A stretch of 64,000 bases of DNA, from contig CBDIID010000003.1 of NCBI GenBank assembly GCA_965279515.1, positions 1,312,001-1,376,000 of the forward strand, in the 5' to 3' direction. The notes below the pieces were generated by a model. That model saw nothing but the letters and a program-made list of their open reading frames with translations, was not told where the DNA came from and made no database searches. The DNA is from Turneriella sp. GTDB lineage: Bacteria > Spirochaetota > Leptospiria > Turneriellales > Turneriellaceae. Below, piece after piece: positions 59,809 to 64,000 of this stretch (position 1 is the stretch's first letter; each line of letters opens with the position of its first letter). Both the position numbers and the translations under genes were made by a program.

Positions 59809-60993
59809 TCAGTTTGATGACAGCGCCGCGCCGACGCCCGCCAGCGCCTGCCAACCCTTAATATTCACCTCGTCAGTCTCGCCGTTGATATCGCGGGTGA
59901 ACGATGCATTAGCACTGAAGATGCGCGCCTCAGCAAAAAAAGTCACGTAGCCGAAAATCAGCCGCAAACCACCGAGGGCATGAAAACCGTAACCCGTCGT
60001 AGTCGTGTCGAGGCCTTTGGAAAAAACCGAAGTGCCTGTTTTACTATCGGCGGTATAAGAATAAATCAGCCCCGATTTGAGCTGCACCAGCGAGAGACCG
60101 GCGCCGACGCCGATATACGGCATAAAGATACGCCAGAAATTCACGCGCAGTAAGATCTGCAATGACAGTTGGTTGTGCGCGACAGACAGGTAATCATCCA
60201 GGCTAAAATTAAAATTATTCTCGATGCCATCGGTACGCCAGGTTGATTGCTGGTTGGGTATCGCATGCGTGAAACGCAGGAACTCCAGGCCGCCACCCAG
60301 GTATTTAGTATAAAAATGCCCGCGCGCGCCGAACACAAGACCTGGACTTGTCGAAAGTTTGGGAAAAGCCACCGAGCTGTACATCTGTCCCGCGGGCAGA
60401 ATTCCGAGGTAGGTGGTATTGACTTTCTGGACCTTGTTGCTGAATTCGAGTGCCATATCGCCGCTGCCCACACCCCCTAAAGCGTCGAGAAAAAAGCCCG
60501 GGGGCGGCGCAGAGGGTGGAACGTACTCCTGTTCCCAGTCGCGGCGCGTTTCGAATTTTGATACGGAAATTACCTCGAAGGTTTCGGTACGGATAATGCG
60601 GGTCTGCACGACGGCGCGGTGCTTGTCGCCGTCGCTGATTGTACCCAGGATCAAAGCCTGTGCCCCGAGCCCCCGCCCGATCTTCTGCGCCTGGGCATCG
60701 TCGATCGCGCCCGTCTGCTGGAAGGCCAGCTCCTGCATAACTTTGTCCACCATCGCGCGCTCAACAACGGTGACTTTCTTCGACTTGACGAGCCAGTAGG
60801 TCAGGTCGTCGGCCAATTGCCGGCCCAACGGGTGCCCGGGCCTGCCCCGGTATTCCAGCGGCAGAATTGCAACGCGGAGCTTCTCCCCTTTCGCCACACC
60901 ATCGGCCAACTCACCCGCGATATCCTTCGCCATGTCCGCCGAAAGGGCTGTGTTCATCAGGGCGAGAGAAATTATGCATAATATCCGTTTCAT
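59809..60993 (-). CDS. CsgG/FlgO-like domain fused to outer-membrane beta-barrel
   Basis: Signal peptide; VVERAMVDKVMQELAFQQTG...IGRGLGAQALILGTI; Pro linker; C-terminal strands (PYIGVGAG, FFAEAR). Confidence 0.78.
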   Translation of the reverse strand: MKRILCIISLALMNTALSADMAKDIAGELADGVAKGEKLRVAILPLEYRGRPGHPLGRQLADDLTYWLVKSKKVTVVERAMVDKVMQELAFQQTGAIDDAQAQKIGRGLGAQALILGTISDGDKHRAVVQTRIIRTETFEVISVSKFETRRDWEQEYVPPSAPPPGFFLDALGGVGSGDMALEFSNKVQKVNTTYLGILPAGQMYSSVAFPKLSTSPGLVFGARGHFYTKYLGGGLEFLRFTHAIPNQQSTWRTDGIENNFNFSLDDYLSVAHNQLSLQILLRVNFWRIFMPYIGVGAGLSLVQLKSGLIYSYTADSKTGTSVFSKGLDTTTTGYGFHALGGLRLIFGYVTFFAEARIFSANASFTRDINGETDEVNIKGWQALAGVGAALSSN

Positions 60994-61000
60994 GAGCTAT

Positions 61001-61026
61001 TTTACAGAACACCCCAGTTCTGTAAA
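61001..61026. promoter_or_regulatory. Perfect 10-bp inverted repeat overlapping minus-strand promoter
   Basis: TTTACAGAAC-acccca-GTTCTGTAAA; on minus strand reads TTTACA-N16-TAAAAT-N5-ATG. Confidence 0.55.
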
Positions 61027-61140
61027 GGATTAAAAGGTCTTCTATTATTTTATTTGCCTTGGCAGGGGCTCCGGCTGAATGCGGTTTCGGGGTGACAAAA
61101 TGTCCCCCCCGGTACTAATAAGGCTCAAGCAAGATCATTT

Positions 61141-61728
61141 ATGCACGTGAAACGCAAAACACTCATCGGCCTGACAGGGGCAATTCTTCTCGCCTTTAAT
61201 GCCTGTGGCACCAATGCCAGCATCCGTAAGTTCGACGAGACCAAAATCTCCGGCGAAATAACGCGCTCTGACAAAGACTTCGTCTATGTTAAGAAATTCA
61301 ACAGAGAAACCAAAGTGCCGCGCACGGAAATCGCTGACATTTCACATCCCGGCAAGGCCTTGATGTGGGTAGGTAGCGGTGTGTTCCTTGCCGGAGCGGG
61401 AACCGTGATTCTGGGCGCGGTGGTTGATGGTAAACAGGTCACCGCATATTCGTACGGTCCAACCGGTAGCTCTTCTTCGACGAGCACTGCGAGTGGAACC
61501 GGCTTTTATATTGCCGGTGGTATAACCGCCGGATTGGGACTCCTCTTTTTTTGGACAGGCTACAGCAATTACAGTACCTCAAAAGATAACTTAGAACCGG
61601 GCACTCTGGCATTCCTGTCACCGGGCGCAGGGATGTTCCTTGGATACGAAACCGTCATACGCCCTGCCGCAACTCTGTACGGCAATGGTGAACCTGTGCA
61701 CCAACTTAAGATGAGCTGGCGTTTCTAA
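61141..61728 (+). CDS. Hypothetical membrane lipoprotein, paralog 1
   Basis: FNAC lipobox, small beta module, two hydrophobic helices; similar throughout to next gene. Confidence 0.8.
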   Translation: MHVKRKTLIGLTGAILLAFNACGTNASIRKFDETKISGEITRSDKDFVYVKKFNRETKVPRTEIADISHPGKALMWVGSGVFLAGAGTVILGAVVDGKQVTAYSYGPTGSSSSTSTASGTGFYIAGGITAGLGLLFFWTGYSNYSTSKDNLEPGTLAFLSPGAGMFLGYETVIRPAATLYGNGEPVHQLKMSWRF

Positions 61729-61739
61729 GGATTCATAGT

Positions 61740-62327
61740 ATGTGGAGAAAAATTTCATTCACCGTGACTTTGACAGCCGCGTTATCTATGGTAGTTAACG
61801 CCTGTAGTACAAACGCAAAGATTCTCAAGATGAATAGCACCAGTATCTCCGGGAAAATTGTCCGTTCAGATGCAGAATCTGTCTATATCAAGGGTTATGG
61901 CGCTGAAATACGCATCCCACGAACCGAAATCCTCGATATTTCCCATCCGGGTAAGGGCCTCATGTGGGTTGGGGGCAGTTTTTTCGCCGCCGGAACTGCT
62001 GTTATCATCTTCAGTGCAGCTACCGATGGCAAAACCTATACGAGCTACACTTACAGCAGCAACGGCAGTACGAGTTCATCGTCAAGCAAGACCGACAACA
62101 CGGGGTTCTATGTATCTGGTGGCATCGCGGCCGGACTCGGCCTCGCATTATTCCTCTTCGGCTATAACAATTACAGCACTTCAAAGGAAAACTTAGAATC
62201 AGGCGGTCTGTCGCTCGGATTCCCGGCGGGCATGAACCTCGGATATGAAACCATCACCCGACCCGCTGCAATTCCCGGAGCTGCAACCGAATCTGTACAC
62301 CAGGTAAAGATCACTCTGCGACTTTAG
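61740..62327 (+). CDS. Hypothetical membrane lipoprotein, paralog 2
   Basis: VNAC lipobox; shares PRTEIxDISHPGKxLMWVG, GFY, NYSTSKxNLE, GYET, VHQ with previous gene. Confidence 0.8.
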   Translation: MWRKISFTVTLTAALSMVVNACSTNAKILKMNSTSISGKIVRSDAESVYIKGYGAEIRIPRTEILDISHPGKGLMWVGGSFFAAGTAVIIFSAATDGKTYTSYTYSSNGSTSSSSSKTDNTGFYVSGGIAAGLGLALFLFGYNNYSTSKENLESGGLSLGFPAGMNLGYETITRPAAIPGAATESVHQVKITLRL

Positions 62328-63066
62328 CGGTGCCGCAAACCGGACAATCAGGATTTCTTCCGCGACGGAATGTACGCATGTTTTGCGTCAAGCCGTCATA
62401 GATAAGACTCTTATTGTTCAGAACCTCACCGGCACCGGTAATAATTTTGATCGCCTCCAGCGCCTGCATCGCGCCCATGATGCCAGGCAAAACCCCGATG
62501 ACGCCGGCTTCGGAACAATTCTGGATCGCTTCTGAAGAAGTGGGATACAGACAGCGGTAACAACCCGCATCGAGCCGCGAATCGAAAACAGTGAGAAAGC
62601 CTTCAAAACGGTAGAGGCTCGCAAAGACATTCGGCTTCTGGTACTCCACACAAAAAGCATTGATCGCATAACGCGCGGCAAAGTTATCTGTGCAATCGAG
62701 AACAAGGTCGAATGAGCCGGCGATATCGATCGCCTTCTCCATGGAAAATTTCTCTCCAAAGGTTTCGATCTTAAGATGCGGATTGACCTGGTGCAGTCGC
62801 GGCGCGGCGACGCGCACCTTGGCTTCGCCGATGTCGGCGTCTCCGTAGAGAATCTGGCGGTGGAGATTCGAAAGCTGCACGACATCGTGATCGACAAGCC
62901 CCAACGTTCCGACGCCTGCTCCCGCAAGATAGAGCGCTGCCGGGCAACCGAGGCCGCCCAAGCCGACGATGAGTACACGCGCTTTTTCGAGCTTTTCCTG
63001 CCCCGGCTTGCCGACCTGCGGCAACACGAGCTGGCGTGAATAACGGTTGAGTTCTCCAGGTGTCAT
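62311..63066 (-). CDS. moeB: Molybdopterin-synthase adenylyltransferase (MoeB/ThiF family)
   Basis: RYSRQ, GLGGLG, SNLHRQ, DCTDN, CYRC, CPVC. Confidence 0.92.
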   Translation of the reverse strand: MTPGELNRYSRQLVLPQVGKPGQEKLEKARVLIVGLGGLGCPAALYLAGAGVGTLGLVDHDVVQLSNLHRQILYGDADIGEAKVRVAAPRLHQVNPHLKIETFGEKFSMEKAIDIAGSFDLVLDCTDNFAARYAINAFCVEYQKPNVFASLYRFEGFLTVFDSRLDAGCYRCLYPTSSEAIQNCSEAGVIGVLPGIMGAMQALEAIKIITGAGEVLNNKSLIYDGLTQNMRTFRRGRNPDCPVCGTAKVAE

Positions 63067-63602
63067 GGGGTATTCCGACTGCTGAGCCTATGCGGTTCAA
63101 CCGCCCTAAGCGCAGTCACGGGCATTTCATGGAGCAGATGTTGCAATCCCAACGATCGGTTGCCGAGCTGCTCTTGCATCTCGGTTAGCGCTGCGGCTGT
63201 GTAATAGGTGCAGAGCGGCTCAAAGACATCGCCAATTTTGTACGCGCGAATGTTTCCTTTGGCTTCGATCAGCGGATGGATGTCGGCGGCTGAAACAGAG
63301 GTCATGTCGCAGGCGAGGATCAGGATATCCGATGCGGGAAATTTAACGTGCACTGAAAGCAATCCGCCTAAGGGCCCCCGATTTAAAAAAGTATCGGTAA
63401 CAAATTCAGCGCCACGGATAGCCGTTGCATATGCCGGTAGCTGCTTTTCAGTGATGGAATAGACAACGCACGGGCATACGCTCTTGAGTAAATCAGCTGC
63501 ACGTTCCGCCCAGGTTTTTCCGCCATTACCCAGGAGTCCTTTATCGGAACCCATGCGCGAACTTTCACCGCCGCAGAGCACCACGCCCAGGATCTCAGGC
63601 AT
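63063..63602 (-). CDS. mobA: Molybdenum cofactor guanylyltransferase
   Basis: LCGGESSRMGSDKG, GPLGG, LACDM, EPLC; start 63602. Confidence 0.92.
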   Translation of the reverse strand: MPEILGVVLCGGESSRMGSDKGLLGNGGKTWAERAADLLKSVCPCVVYSITEKQLPAYATAIRGAEFVTDTFLNRGPLGGLLSVHVKFPASDILILACDMTSVSAADIHPLIEAKGNIRAYKIGDVFEPLCTYYTAAALTEMQEQLGNRSLGLQHLLHEMPVTALRAVEPHRLSSRNTP

Positions 63603-63999
63603 GGTGGTCTGCAGGAGTATGAACATGCCCGGCGTCGTTGGTTTGCTGCGCATCTCCTTCACAGTTCTCGCCCCAGATGCTCGTGCCGTCGGCGAAAAAT
63701 TCCTTTTTCCAGATCGGCGTCTCGGCCTTCACACGGTTGATGATGTACTGGTTTGCCGCATAGGTTTCAGTGCGGTGCCGGCCGGCAGTCACGACAACCA
63801 CTGCGCTCTCTGAAACACCGAGCATGCCCAAACGGTGTACGCACAAGGCACCGATAAGGGGGAATTCCCCGGCGGCGGCGCGCACGACTTCGAGCATATG
63901 TTTTTCGGCGAGCGGTTTGTGCGCGGTGTATTCGAGCTGCTTCACCTCTTTGCCGTGGCTGAGTCCACGAATCTCACCGCTGAAGATAACACGGGCGCC
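63595..63999 (-). CDS. moaE: Molybdopterin synthase catalytic subunit, 5'-truncated by window edge
   Basis: GARVIFSGEIR, LEYTAH, HRLG, HR, KAETPIWKKE. Confidence 0.93.
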   Translation of the reverse strand, partial: GARVIFSGEIRGLSHGKEVKQLEYTAHKPLAEKHMLEVVRAAAGEFPLIGALCVHRLGMLGVSESAVVVVTAGRHRTETYAANQYIINRVKAETPIWKKEFFADGTSIWGENCEGDAQQTNDAGHVHTPADHHA

Positions 64000-64000
64000 T

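Noticed and set aside
1..64000. CRISPR array, tRNA/rRNA, prophage or transposase
   Set aside because: No regularly spaced repeats, RNA-gene signatures or DDE/integrase motifs seen by eye

Overview
Gene-dense, ~55% GC bacterial chromosome segment with no rRNA, tRNA, CRISPR array or intact transposase/integrase that I can recognise. Gene content and style (spirochaete-type lipoprotein signal peptides, ECF/FecR module, hisB-hisH-hisA with a PGDG-type HisH) suggest a Leptospiraceae member such as Turneriella (inference). Housekeeping blocks: arsR-etfB-etfA-thiolase, DEAD-box helicase, DUF47-PiT, hisBHA, thrB, a glycogen/maltodextrin cluster (TBDR, glgP, GH13-GH77 fusion, glgX, glgA) and moaE-mobA-moeB. 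Points worth following up: (1) an ECF sigma/FecR/small beta-barrel module in which anti-sigma and outer-membrane protein share a repeated ~45-aa beta module, with a candidate ECF promoter repeated before the sigma gene and a downstream lipoprotein; (2) an HDAC gene beside a possible GNAT-like partner; (3) a propeller/di-heme cytochrome c lipoprotein with non-canonical heme-2 ligand region; (4) an ACAD-ACAD fusion and a GH13-GH77 fusion; (5) a palindromic repeat that is intergenic at one site and apparently translated at another; (6) two -1 frameshifts in beta-barrel genes; (7) a recurrent leaderless-type promoter geometry. All calls are from motif recognition by eye; no database searches were run.
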